Shown piece by piece: positions 38,342-47,397 of a DNA stretch of 64,000 bases. Every line of letters begins with the position of its first letter. The first letter of the stretch is position 1. Both the position numbers and the translations under genes were made by a program. The stretch covers positions 2,848,001 to 2,912,000 of the forward strand of contig OZ242374.1 of the NCBI GenBank assembly GCA_965209055.1, read 5' to 3'. The stretch comes from Acidobacteriota bacterium. Its GTDB lineage: Bacteria > Acidobacteriota > UBA6911 > RPQK01 > JAJDTT01. The notes under the pieces were generated by a model. It did not search any database, was not told the origin of the DNA, and saw nothing but the letters and a program-made list of their open reading frames with translations.

Positions 38342-39835
38342 ATGGACAGGAATCTCTTGCAGTTGGGCCGCGCCGGCCACGCTGCTCCCATTCTCGCGCT
38401 GCTGGCACTTGGAATCGGGTCCGGTTGCGGACATCTTCCCGACTCTTCGTCCGTGGCGGAGCCGCTGGTGCTGAACCGCCAGCAGGTGCTGTTGCTGCAT
38501 GACGACCGGCTGGTCCGGGACCGGCAGGGCCTGGAGTTGGTCCAGGCCCGGCTCGAAAAGCATCCGGCCAATCCGCTGCTGGTCATCGACCGCCCCTGGG
38601 AGCGGCAGGGGATTCTCAACTACGTGGCTGTTCTTCACGACGAGGAAGAGGGGCTCTATCGGATGTGGTACCAGATCCTGGGACGGACGGAGGAAGGGGT
38701 CAACCGCAGCCATTGCCTCTATGCCGAGTCCTCCGACGGCGTCCGGTGGGAGAAACCGGAGCTGGGACTGGTGGACTTCCAAGGCTCGAAGAAGAACAAC
38801 ATCCTGTTCCTGGATCCCAATGAGCGGCCGCGGGGAACGCCCGTCTACTGGGTGGTGAAGGACTACGCCGCCGCGGACGCCGGCCGGCGGTTCAAGATGA
38901 TGCTCAATCGGTGGGACTTCCGGGGCCGGGGCGTGGGAATCGGCTGGTCCCCCGACGGGATCCATTGGGAATTCACGCCCTACGTCAACCGGTTGGGCGG
39001 ATTCGACACGCACAACCTCTTCTTCTGGGACGACCGGATCGGCCTCTACACCGGATATTTCCGGACCCACGTCCGGGGAAAACGGTCCATCGGACGGGCC
39101 ACGAGTCCGGACGCCTTCCACTGGTCGGCGCCTGTCACGGTCCACACCCTGGATGAACAGGATCCTCCCGCGTGGCAGATCTATGGTCCCGGCATCTTCA
39201 AGTACAGCCGGGCCCGGAATGTCTACGTCATGTACGGGGAGGGCTACGACTCGGAGACCGAGATCTTCCGGGGGCAGTTGGGCCTGAGCCGGGACGGAAT
39301 CCACTGGAAGCGGTTCCGGGAGGAGTATTTTGCCGACACCAGCGCCGGGACCTGGGATGCTGGCTCAGTTCGGCCGGTTCCCGCGGAAGCGGTGGTCGAC
39401 GGCCGGATGGCCGTCTTCTACACGGGCAGCGACCACTCCCTGCACGACCGGGAGGGGACGAGGGGCGTCGGTCTGGCAACCTGCCAGCAGGGAGCGTTCG
39501 CCGGCTGGAGGGCCCGGGCCGGGGGGACGCTGACCACCCGGCTCCTGTTGGCCAAGGACCGGGAGCCGGGACTGCTTCTGAACGCGGAAGCCGATGGCGG
39601 CGAGATCCGGGCGGAACTTCTGGACGTCCGGGGACAGCCCATCGCGGGGTACACGCGGGAGGAATGCCGGCCGTTGACCGGCAACGGGCATCAACAGGAG
39701 GTGGTCTGGGAGGGGCAGGAGAGCCTGGCTCCGGTGGTGGCCCGGGGGGCGTTCAGCGTCCGGCTGTATCTGAAGCAGGCCACGATCTATGGGTTGCGGG
39801 TGATTCCGCCCCGAAGCGTCCGGGCGCTGTTCTGA
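38342..39835 (+). CDS. Glycoside-hydrolase-like beta-propeller lipoprotein
   Basis: Lipobox GSGC; KHPANPL; SSDGVRWEKP, SPDGIHW, SRDGIHW boxes; same family as 1914-3449. Confidence 0.75.
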   Translation: MDRNLLQLGRAGHAAPILALLALGIGSGCGHLPDSSSVAEPLVLNRQQVLLLHDDRLVRDRQGLELVQARLEKHPANPLLVIDRPWERQGILNYVAVLHDEEEGLYRMWYQILGRTEEGVNRSHCLYAESSDGVRWEKPELGLVDFQGSKKNNILFLDPNERPRGTPVYWVVKDYAAADAGRRFKMMLNRWDFRGRGVGIGWSPDGIHWEFTPYVNRLGGFDTHNLFFWDDRIGLYTGYFRTHVRGKRSIGRATSPDAFHWSAPVTVHTLDEQDPPAWQIYGPGIFKYSRARNVYVMYGEGYDSETEIFRGQLGLSRDGIHWKRFREEYFADTSAGTWDAGSVRPVPAEAVVDGRMAVFYTGSDHSLHDREGTRGVGLATCQQGAFAGWRARAGGTLTTRLLLAKDREPGLLLNAEADGGEIRAELLDVRGQPIAGYTREECRPLTGNGHQQEVVWEGQESLAPVVARGAFSVRLYLKQATIYGLRVIPPRSVRALF

Positions 39836-39916
39836 GGGGGGACGATTCCCTAATCGCCCGGTCCTGTTCGCGTCTCCCGGCGGCTCAAGAATCGGCGGTT
39901 AGGAAACCGCCGCTCC
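39834..39916. repeat. Inverted pair of REP-like palindromes between convergent genes
   Basis: GAGGGGGGACGATTCCCTAATCGCCC ... TCGGCGGTTAGGAAACCGCCGCTCC. Confidence 0.78.
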
Positions 39917-39918
39917 AC

Positions 39919-41196
39919 TCACTCGATGATGGTGCCGATGACCACTTCTTCGGTGACGTTGTGGGGACTGATGACCTCACCGCCGCAGAGGTAGAGGGTC
40001 TTGCCGACCCGGCTCAGTTCCGCCGCCAGCCGGTAGACTCCCTTCGAGAGGTCGATGCCGGTGGCCTCTCTGATCTGTTGCTCCCGCTCCGGGTGGACCG
40101 GGAATGGAGGAATCTTGGAAGGAAGGGTCCGGTAGGTCTTCTCCACAGTGTCGAACACCAGGACATCGAAGTTGGGGGAGCGCACCGCGGGGATCCGGTC
40201 CTTGTACCGATACGGATGGTCCACCGGATAGTCCTTGATGCCGCCGGCCATGATGATGAACCGGTCCCGGTAGGCGACGGCTTCCATGCCGTGCACCGGA
40301 AAGGGAAGATCCGGAAGTCTCTGCCAACGCAAGGTTTTGAGATTGAGGACGTATCCGTCCGCGCAATGGCGCAGGTGTCCCTCGAACCGGCCGTTCCTGG
40401 ATTCCGCGTAGTTGACGTAGTCCCCGCCGAAGACGTAGATGTTGTCGCCGACGGCGGTCGTGGCGGGTGACTCGCGGGCCATGCCCGGCAGCGGCGGCAG
40501 GTCCCGCCATCCGGCGCCGGGATCGGCCGTGTCGAAGGCCTCCACCGAGTTGACGTAGGCGCCGGGGTGATCACCCATGAAGGGTACGGCGCCGAACGTG
40601 GCCTGTCCCCCGATCACCACGATGGTGGTGCCGCTGACGGCGGCGCCCGGCAGAAACCGTCCCACCCGGAGGGACGGAAGTTCCTCCCACTGTTTCCGGT
40701 CCCCGGCGCCGGAGAGGCGGAACATTCGATTGCTGGTGTTATCGTTCTGCTCCTCGGGCCAGATCACCCACCCGGTAAAGACATAGAAGTCCTCCCCCAC
40801 GGCAGCGCCCTGAGGCCACTTGATGCCCACGGGCAACTCGGGCAACAAGCCGTACTCCTGGGTCCGGGTGTCCAGGATCCAGCCCGAGACGTGCCTTCCC
40901 CGGTCCCGGATCTGCCATCCCTTGCCCGTGGAGCGCTGGCTCGTCGGCTCCCAGCCTGGGAAACCGGGTGACCCGGCAGCCAGGATCAGGTCGCCGATGG
41001 CCGCCTGGGCCTGCCCCTTGGTGGGCCAGGGCATGGAGGGGCCCATTTCCCAGCTGATGTCGAGGATCTCCGGCACCTCGCCGCCGCCTTCACTGCAGCC
41101 CGCGCAGAGTGCCAGCAGGAGCAGAGGCAGGGGCAGGACCGTCCGGTGCCTGTGGTCGGCTGCCGGCAGGCGTCTACGGTGGGCCATGGCGCTCAT
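39919..41196 (-). CDS. Kelch-repeat beta-propeller lipoprotein (copy A)
   Basis: Lipobox CAGC; Kelch GG/W motifs (IYVFGG, IIMAGG, LYLCGG, WRDLPPLP). Confidence 0.85.
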   Translation of the reverse strand: MSAMAHRRRLPAADHRHRTVLPLPLLLLALCAGCSEGGGEVPEILDISWEMGPSMPWPTKGQAQAAIGDLILAAGSPGFPGWEPTSQRSTGKGWQIRDRGRHVSGWILDTRTQEYGLLPELPVGIKWPQGAAVGEDFYVFTGWVIWPEEQNDNTSNRMFRLSGAGDRKQWEELPSLRVGRFLPGAAVSGTTIVVIGGQATFGAVPFMGDHPGAYVNSVEAFDTADPGAGWRDLPPLPGMARESPATTAVGDNIYVFGGDYVNYAESRNGRFEGHLRHCADGYVLNLKTLRWQRLPDLPFPVHGMEAVAYRDRFIIMAGGIKDYPVDHPYRYKDRIPAVRSPNFDVLVFDTVEKTYRTLPSKIPPFPVHPEREQQIREATGIDLSKGVYRLAAELSRVGKTLYLCGGEVISPHNVTEEVVIGTIIE

Positions 41197-42434
41197 TCCT
41201 CGATGATGGTCCCCACCAGGACCTCGTCGGTGACGTTGGCCGGACTGATCACTTCGCCTCCCGCCAGGTACAGCTTGCCCCGCACCAGGCTCAGCTCGGC
41301 GGCCAGCCGATAGACTCCCCGGGAGAAATCGATCCAGTCGACGTCCAGAGCCTTGTGCCTCATCTCGGGAGGGGGCCGGTAGGGAGGCAGCTTGGTGGGA
41401 AGGATCCGGTAGACCTCCTCTTCAGCGTCGAAGACCAGCACCTCGAAGTTGGGAGCGGGCCGGTCGGGGATCCGGTCCGCGTGGGCGTAGGGATGGTCCA
41501 CGGGATAGTCTCTCATCCCCCCGGCGATGATGACGTAACGGTCCCGGTGCACGGCCGCTTCCCAGCCTCCGGCGGGAAAGGGCAGGTCGGGAAGCCTCCG
41601 CCAGCGCAGGGAGCGAAGGTTCAGGACGTACGCATCTCCGCCGTGCCGGCGATGCGGGTGGAAATCGTCTCCCCCCTCGGCGTAGTTGACGTAGAAGCCT
41701 CCGAACACGTACACCTTCTCGCCGATGGCCACGGCGGCCAAAGACTCGCGGCCGAAGCCGGGAATGGGGGGGATTTCCCTCCATCCGCGCCCGGGATCGG
41801 CCGTATCGAAGATCTCCACCGAGTTGATGTAGACGCCCGGATGGTCTCCGGTGAAGGGGGACGCTCCGAAGGAGGCCTGCCCGCCCAGCACGACGATGGA
41901 TGTTCCGGAGGAGACTGCGGCCGCGAGAAATCGCCCGGTGATCAGCGACAGCATCTCACGCCACCGCCATTCTCCGGACCTGCTGGACAGCCGGAACATG
42001 CGATTTGTCGTGATGTCCACGCGGTCCTGGGGCCAGCGAACCGTTCCCGTCAGGAGGTAGAAGTCGTTTCCCACCGCCACGCCCTGAGGCCAGCTCAGGC
42101 CCACCGGCGCGTCAGGCAGAGTCCCATAGTTGTTGGTACGGGTGTCGAAAAGCCATACGCTGTTGTGCCTGCCCCGTTCCCGCGAGTTCCTGGTTGGGTT
42201 CCATCCCGGATAACCCGGAGCTCCCGCCGCCACGATAACGTCGCCCAACACGGCCTGCGCCTGTCCCTTGGTCGGCCAGGGCAGCGGTTTCCCGGGGGTC
42301 CAGGTGATGTCGCGGATTCCGGCGCCCGCGGCTTGAATCGGAAGCCACAGGCACAGCAACCAGGGGACGGCTCGCACGGATCCGGCAATTGGTTGAAGAG
42401 CGCCGTGCAACCGTCGCCCCACCCGACCAGCCAT
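41193..42434 (-). CDS. Kelch-repeat beta-propeller secreted protein (copy B)
   Basis: Colinear paralogue of 39919-41196; signal peptide without lipobox; ATGA overlap. Confidence 0.85.
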   Translation of the reverse strand: MAGRVGRRLHGALQPIAGSVRAVPWLLCLWLPIQAAGAGIRDITWTPGKPLPWPTKGQAQAVLGDVIVAAGAPGYPGWNPTRNSRERGRHNSVWLFDTRTNNYGTLPDAPVGLSWPQGVAVGNDFYLLTGTVRWPQDRVDITTNRMFRLSSRSGEWRWREMLSLITGRFLAAAVSSGTSIVVLGGQASFGASPFTGDHPGVYINSVEIFDTADPGRGWREIPPIPGFGRESLAAVAIGEKVYVFGGFYVNYAEGGDDFHPHRRHGGDAYVLNLRSLRWRRLPDLPFPAGGWEAAVHRDRYVIIAGGMRDYPVDHPYAHADRIPDRPAPNFEVLVFDAEEEVYRILPTKLPPYRPPPEMRHKALDVDWIDFSRGVYRLAAELSLVRGKLYLAGGEVISPANVTDEVLVGTIIEE

Positions 42435-42604
42435 AATCGGATCCACTCCTTCAAATTTCCTGAATTGTTCCAAGAACAAGCGGGAGGCCGAATTGTAACA
42501 GCCTGGAGGAGAAGTGAGAAACGAGGCGCGGGAAGTGAGATCGGGAGGGGACGAACGGATCTTCTCTTCGCCGGCCCGACCTTGGAAATCCCGGCGGTTT
42601 GCTG

Positions 42605-42613
42605 TGATATAAT
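42605..42613 (+). promoter_or_regulatory. Extended -10 promoter element for the GWxTD operon
   Basis: TGaTATAAT, a perfect TGn-TATAAT in a GC-rich context, 30 bp upstream of ATG 42644. Confidence 0.6.
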
Positions 42614-42643
42614 TTGCTTATTCCAGGAACAGGACAGGGGACT

Positions 42644-44299
42644 ATGCGAATCCTTTACTCTCTACTCAAGACTCTGGGTGTCGCTTTCCTTTTGGTGGCG
42701 ATTTCTCCCGCTCCCGTACTGGGATCCAAGGACAGGAAGACCAAGGAGGAAAGGAAACGGGAGAAGGAGGCCAAGAAGCGCGACCAGCGCCAGCGGGTGG
42801 AGGAGCAGCAGGACTACTTCAAGAAGTGGTTGACGGAGGACGTCGTCTACATCATCACGGATGAAGAGAAAAAGGTCTTCAACAACCTGAGCACCGACGC
42901 CGAACGGGACGCCTTCATCGAGCAGTTCTGGCGCCGCCGGGACCCGGATCCGCGATCCGCCCTCAACGAATTCAAAGAGGAGCACTACCGGCGGATCGCC
43001 TACGCCAACGACCACTTCTACTCGGGCGTCGAAGGCTGGTATACGGATCGCGGCCGCATCTACATCACCTACGGTCCGCCCAGCCAGAAAGAGAGTCACC
43101 ACGGAGGCCTCTACCAGCGGAGAGTTCTGGAGGAAGGGGGCGGCTGGACCAACGTCTATGCCTTCGAACGCTGGTTCTACAACTACATCCCGGGGGTGGG
43201 CAGCGGCATCGAGATCGAGTTCGTCGACGCCAGCAAGACGGGCGAGTACAAGATCGCGCTCAGGCCTTCCGAGAAGGACGCCTTGTGGCAGGTCGGATCC
43301 AGCCCGACCGTCGAGGAGATGTTCGGAGGCGTCACCCGCGACGGTACGATGCTTGCGGATCTGGCCATGCGCAACATCGGGCTCAACGACGGGACCTTCA
43401 TGCGGGGCGCCCAGCCGTTCGACCGGGTGCGCAACTACTTCCTTCTCAACAAGCCTCCCAAGGTCGAATTCGAGCATCTCCGGGGCGACGTGGAAACGCG
43501 CCTCCTGTACGACCCCATTCCCCTGGAGATGGTCATCGGGAACTATCGGGTGGGTGAGGACGCCTTCCTGGTCCCCCTCACCGTCCGGGTGCCGGCCCAC
43601 GAACTGACTTACGACGCCGATCTTAAGAATGTCACCCGGGCGACCATCCAGGTTTATGGGAAGGCCCAGACCCTCACCGGCAATGTGGTCTACGAGTTCG
43701 AGGATCTGATCGCTGCCGACACTTCCAAATCGAAGGGATTGAAGGCGGGCACCAACTTCCTCTACCAGAAACAGTTGCCCCTCAGGCCGGGCCGGTACAA
43801 GCTGACGGTGATCCTGCAGGAAGAATCGAGCAAGCGGGTCGCCATCGAAGTGTCGTCGGTCCACCTGTCCAAGACCCAGATGGGATCCCTCACCAGCAGC
43901 ACCCTGGTGGTGGCCGACGGATTCGCCTCTTCTGCTCCGGAGCAGACCCTCTCCGACCCCTTCGTGACGCCCAGCGGAATCAAGGTCTATCCCAACGTCT
44001 CCCAGGAATTCTCTCCCGGGGCCTTCCTCAGCCTCTACTCGGAGGCCTATGAAGTGGCTCTGGATCAGGCGACGCGCCAGCCGGCGCTGGACGCCGAGTT
44101 CGTGATCATGAAGGGACGCGAACAGATCCGGTCGGAGGAACCCAGGCTGCTGCAGATGGAAGACCGGGTGATCTTGATGCATACCATGCCCCTGGAGGGG
44201 GTGGAGCCGGGACGTTACCAGGTCATGATGCAGCTCCGTGACCGGATCAGTGGCCAGGAGGCCTCCAAGCGCGCCAACTTCGAGATCCGGGGCGATTGA
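42644..44299 (+). CDS. GWxTD domain-containing protein
   Basis: KWLTEDVVYIITDEE, FIEQFWRRRDP, EEHYRRIAYAN, GWYTDRGRIYITYGPP. Confidence 0.93.
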   Translation: MRILYSLLKTLGVAFLLVAISPAPVLGSKDRKTKEERKREKEAKKRDQRQRVEEQQDYFKKWLTEDVVYIITDEEKKVFNNLSTDAERDAFIEQFWRRRDPDPRSALNEFKEEHYRRIAYANDHFYSGVEGWYTDRGRIYITYGPPSQKESHHGGLYQRRVLEEGGGWTNVYAFERWFYNYIPGVGSGIEIEFVDASKTGEYKIALRPSEKDALWQVGSSPTVEEMFGGVTRDGTMLADLAMRNIGLNDGTFMRGAQPFDRVRNYFLLNKPPKVEFEHLRGDVETRLLYDPIPLEMVIGNYRVGEDAFLVPLTVRVPAHELTYDADLKNVTRATIQVYGKAQTLTGNVVYEFEDLIAADTSKSKGLKAGTNFLYQKQLPLRPGRYKLTVILQEESSKRVAIEVSSVHLSKTQMGSLTSSTLVVADGFASSAPEQTLSDPFVTPSGIKVYPNVSQEFSPGAFLSLYSEAYEVALDQATRQPALDAEFVIMKGREQIRSEEPRLLQMEDRVILMHTMPLEGVEPGRYQVMMQLRDRISGQEASKRANFEIRGD

Positions 44300-44387
44300 G
44301 AGATCCGGTTTGCTCCACAAATCCCTCATCCGTGCCGGGCTCCGGCCGGTGTTCCCGAGTACGTTCGAGGGTCCCCTTCAGCGCTGG

Positions 44388-46043
44388 TTGAAGCTCTTTT
44401 TGTTCGTTTTCGCCCTGGCGCGCCCGCTCAGCCTGCACGCCGGCGCCGCGTCCGATTCCGCACCCTCTTTTCGGGACGTGAGCGGTGAGGCCGGCATCTC
44501 CTTCATCCACAGCAGCGGCGCGTCTCCGGAAAAGTATCTGGTCGAGACCATGGGTTCCGGGGGAGGCTTCCTGGACTACGATGGCGACGGCTGGATGGAC
44601 GTCTACCTGGTCAACAGCGGCCCCACTCCCTCGTCTCCTTCGGCGCCGCCGGGAACGAACCGGCTCTTTCGCAACAATGGGGACGGAAGCTTCAGCGACG
44701 TGACGGAGCAGGCCGGGGTCGGCGATCCCTCCTATGGCATGGGCTGTGTCTTCGCCGACTACGACAACGACGGGGACGTGGACCTCTACGTCACCAACCT
44801 GGGGCCCAACGTTCTTTACCGCAACAATGGGGACGGCACCTTTACCGATGTCTCGGCTGCCGCCGGCGTGGCCGACCCTCTCTGGAGCACCAGCGCCGCC
44901 TTCGGAGACTACGACCAGGACGGCTGGCTGGATCTTTACGTCGGCAACTATCTGAGGTTCACCTTCGACACTCACCGCCGCTGCTATTCGGGAGAGCTCC
45001 TCATCTACTGTTTTCCCCACAGCTACGACGGTGTTCCCAATACGCTCTACCGCAACCGGGGCGACGGAACCTTCGAGCAAGCGAACGAGAAGGCCGGCGT
45101 GACGGAGGAGGCTCAATATTCCAAGAGCCTGGGCGTGCTCTGGCTGGATCTGGAGGGGGACGGCGATCTGGATCTCTACGTGGCCAACGACACCACGGCC
45201 AACTATGTCTTCCGGAATGGGGGCAACGGCGTCTTCGAGGACGTCTCGTTGCTGTCCGGAGGCGCCTTCAACGGGATGGGCATGGCGCAATCGGGGATGG
45301 GCGTGGACGCCGGCGATCTGGCCGGGAACGGACTCTACAGCATCTTCGTGACCAACTTTTCGCTCCAGACCAACGACCTGTACTGGAACAACGGCCAGGG
45401 GATCCTCACGGACCATACGCTCCAGGCCGGGCTCTCCCAGGAGAGCTTCCTGCCGCTGGGGTTCGGCGCCAATTTCCTGGATTACGACAACGACGGGCTG
45501 CTCGACCTCTTCGTGGCCAACGGTCACGTGTTCGACAACATCAACACCATCAATCCCAGCCTGGAATATGCCCAGCCCAACCAGCTCTTTCGAAACCGGG
45601 GCGACGGCCGGTTCGATGCCGTCTCGGCGAGGTCCGGGCCTTATTTCTCGCGCAAGAACGTGTCTCGAGGTTCGGCCGTGGCCGACTACAACAACGACGG
45701 CCGTCTGGACCTGCTGGTGACCAACAACAATCAGAAGGCGGACCTGCTGGAGAATCGGTCGGCGGGGAATCACCACTGGCTGCAACTGCGGCTCGAGGGG
45801 ACTCACTGCAATCGGGACGGGGTGGGCGCCAAGGTGCGGCTTGAGGCGGGAGGCCGCCGGCTCAGCCAGGAAGTCCGGGCCGGAAGCAGCTACCTGAGCC
45901 AGAGCGATCTGCGGGTCCATTTCGGACTGGGCGCCGCGGCCAGGATCGATTCCATCGAAGTCCTCTGGCCCTGCGGCAGGCGGCAAACGGTGCCGCCCCC
46001 CGTGGATGTGGACCGTATCCTGCCGGTCAAGGAGTCGAGCTGA
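44388..46043 (+). CDS. CRTAC1 family protein (FG-GAP repeats + ASPIC/UnbV)
   Basis: Repeated DYDNDGxxDLYV and LYRNNGDGTF; GSSYLSQSDLRVHFGLG; start uncertain. Confidence 0.93.
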   Translation: MKLFLFVFALARPLSLHAGAASDSAPSFRDVSGEAGISFIHSSGASPEKYLVETMGSGGGFLDYDGDGWMDVYLVNSGPTPSSPSAPPGTNRLFRNNGDGSFSDVTEQAGVGDPSYGMGCVFADYDNDGDVDLYVTNLGPNVLYRNNGDGTFTDVSAAAGVADPLWSTSAAFGDYDQDGWLDLYVGNYLRFTFDTHRRCYSGELLIYCFPHSYDGVPNTLYRNRGDGTFEQANEKAGVTEEAQYSKSLGVLWLDLEGDGDLDLYVANDTTANYVFRNGGNGVFEDVSLLSGGAFNGMGMAQSGMGVDAGDLAGNGLYSIFVTNFSLQTNDLYWNNGQGILTDHTLQAGLSQESFLPLGFGANFLDYDNDGLLDLFVANGHVFDNINTINPSLEYAQPNQLFRNRGDGRFDAVSARSGPYFSRKNVSRGSAVADYNNDGRLDLLVTNNNQKADLLENRSAGNHHWLQLRLEGTHCNRDGVGAKVRLEAGGRRLSQEVRAGSSYLSQSDLRVHFGLGAAARIDSIEVLWPCGRRQTVPPPVDVDRILPVKESS

Positions 46044-46044
46044 C

Positions 46045-47289
46045 GTGAATTTCATCCTCCCGGCCGCCTGGGGGGTGCTTTTTCTCCTCCAGGGGATTTC
46101 CCCTCGGCCTGATCCGTTGCTGGAACGGGCTCTCCGGAAGATTGCCGTCAGCGAAGACTACGTGGGGGCTCTGGCCGACCTGGAAGCATCGCTCCGGGGC
46201 CCCGATCCCAACCCGCAAGCCCATTACCAGGCAGGCGTCTGCCGCACCATCCTGCGGGATTATTCCAAGGCTCTCGACAGTTTTCGAAGTGCCAGGGAGC
46301 TGGGAGTCCGCGGGTGGGAGTTGGAGCTGGGCTTCGGGATCGCCTATTTCCACTTGCATCAGGACGAAAAGGCTCGCGGACATTTCGAGAGGACTCTCTC
46401 CCTCAAGCCCAATGATCCGAACGCGCTTTTCCACCTGGGGCGGCTGGATTTCAAGGCCGGGGATGCGGCCCGGGCCTCGGAGCGATTCCGCCAGGTGTTG
46501 GCCCGCCAGCCGGACCATCAGGGGGCCCTCTTCAGCCTGGGGTCCGCCCTGATTCGCCAGGGGAAGGAACGGGAAGGGAAGAAGGTGCTGGAGCACCATC
46601 GGCGGGTCGGCCATCTGCAGGGGCGCCTGAAATCGCTGAGTCTCATGGCCGATTCCCCCAAGTCCTCGGCCGAGGTCTTTGCCGACCTGGGAGACGTCTT
46701 TCTGGAGCTGGGCCGTAAGGAGGACGCCCTCAAGGCCTACGAGAAGGCGGAGGAGCTCACGCCGGGAACGGCCCTGACCGGGCTCGGCCGGGGAACGCTG
46801 GCCTACGGACAAGGAGACTGGACGGAGGCCAGGACCCATCTCCTGACATATCTGGAAAAAGTGGGCGGAGACTGCCAGGGGTATCTCTTGCTGGGCTTGA
46901 TGGAAAAGCAGGAGAAGAAGTACGGCTTGGCCCGCCAGCACTTGAATCGCGGGCTCGAGCTCTGTCCCGGGCGCCTCCTGATTCTGGCCAGCCTGGCCGA
47001 GCTGGAGCTCCAGCGGGGAAACGTCGCCGGGGCCGAGGAATTCTCGCAGAAGATGATCCGGATCGATGCCGATTTCGCGGCCGGCCCCTTCTTTCTGGCC
47101 TTCTGCCGCATTTACCAGCAGCGACTGGAGGAGGCCGAGGAGCTGGGCCGGCGGACCCTGGAACTGGACGACAGGAATCCGAATCACCACCTCCTCATGA
47201 AGGCGGTCTACCAGGCCCGCGGCGACGCCGAAAAAGCGCGTCACCACGACGACCGGGCCAACCAGCTCCGCGGCGCAGCCGGTCCGTGA
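46045..47289 (+). CDS. Tetratricopeptide repeat protein
   Basis: Multiple 34-aa helical repeats (A..LG...A....F...L...P). Confidence 0.88.
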   Translation: MNFILPAAWGVLFLLQGISPRPDPLLERALRKIAVSEDYVGALADLEASLRGPDPNPQAHYQAGVCRTILRDYSKALDSFRSARELGVRGWELELGFGIAYFHLHQDEKARGHFERTLSLKPNDPNALFHLGRLDFKAGDAARASERFRQVLARQPDHQGALFSLGSALIRQGKEREGKKVLEHHRRVGHLQGRLKSLSLMADSPKSSAEVFADLGDVFLELGRKEDALKAYEKAEELTPGTALTGLGRGTLAYGQGDWTEARTHLLTYLEKVGGDCQGYLLLGLMEKQEKKYGLARQHLNRGLELCPGRLLILASLAELELQRGNVAGAEEFSQKMIRIDADFAAGPFFLAFCRIYQQRLEEAEELGRRTLELDDRNPNHHLLMKAVYQARGDAEKARHHDDRANQLRGAAGP

Positions 47290-47313
47290 ACCCCGTCGGA
47301 TTCTAACGATGAG

Positions 47314-47344
47314 TTGACATTGTGCATTTGAAATGCATAATGTC
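47314..47344 (+). promoter_or_regulatory. Sigma70-like promoter overlapped by a 29-bp palindromic operator
   Basis: TTGACA (47314) - 16 bp - CATAAT (47336); inverted repeat GACATTGTGCATTT-G-AAATGCATAATGTC (13/14 matched arms). Confidence 0.7.
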
Positions 47345-47397
47345 GACATAAGGACGGTCATCTCCCGCTTTTCCATCGACAACGATCCAGTCCCAGG

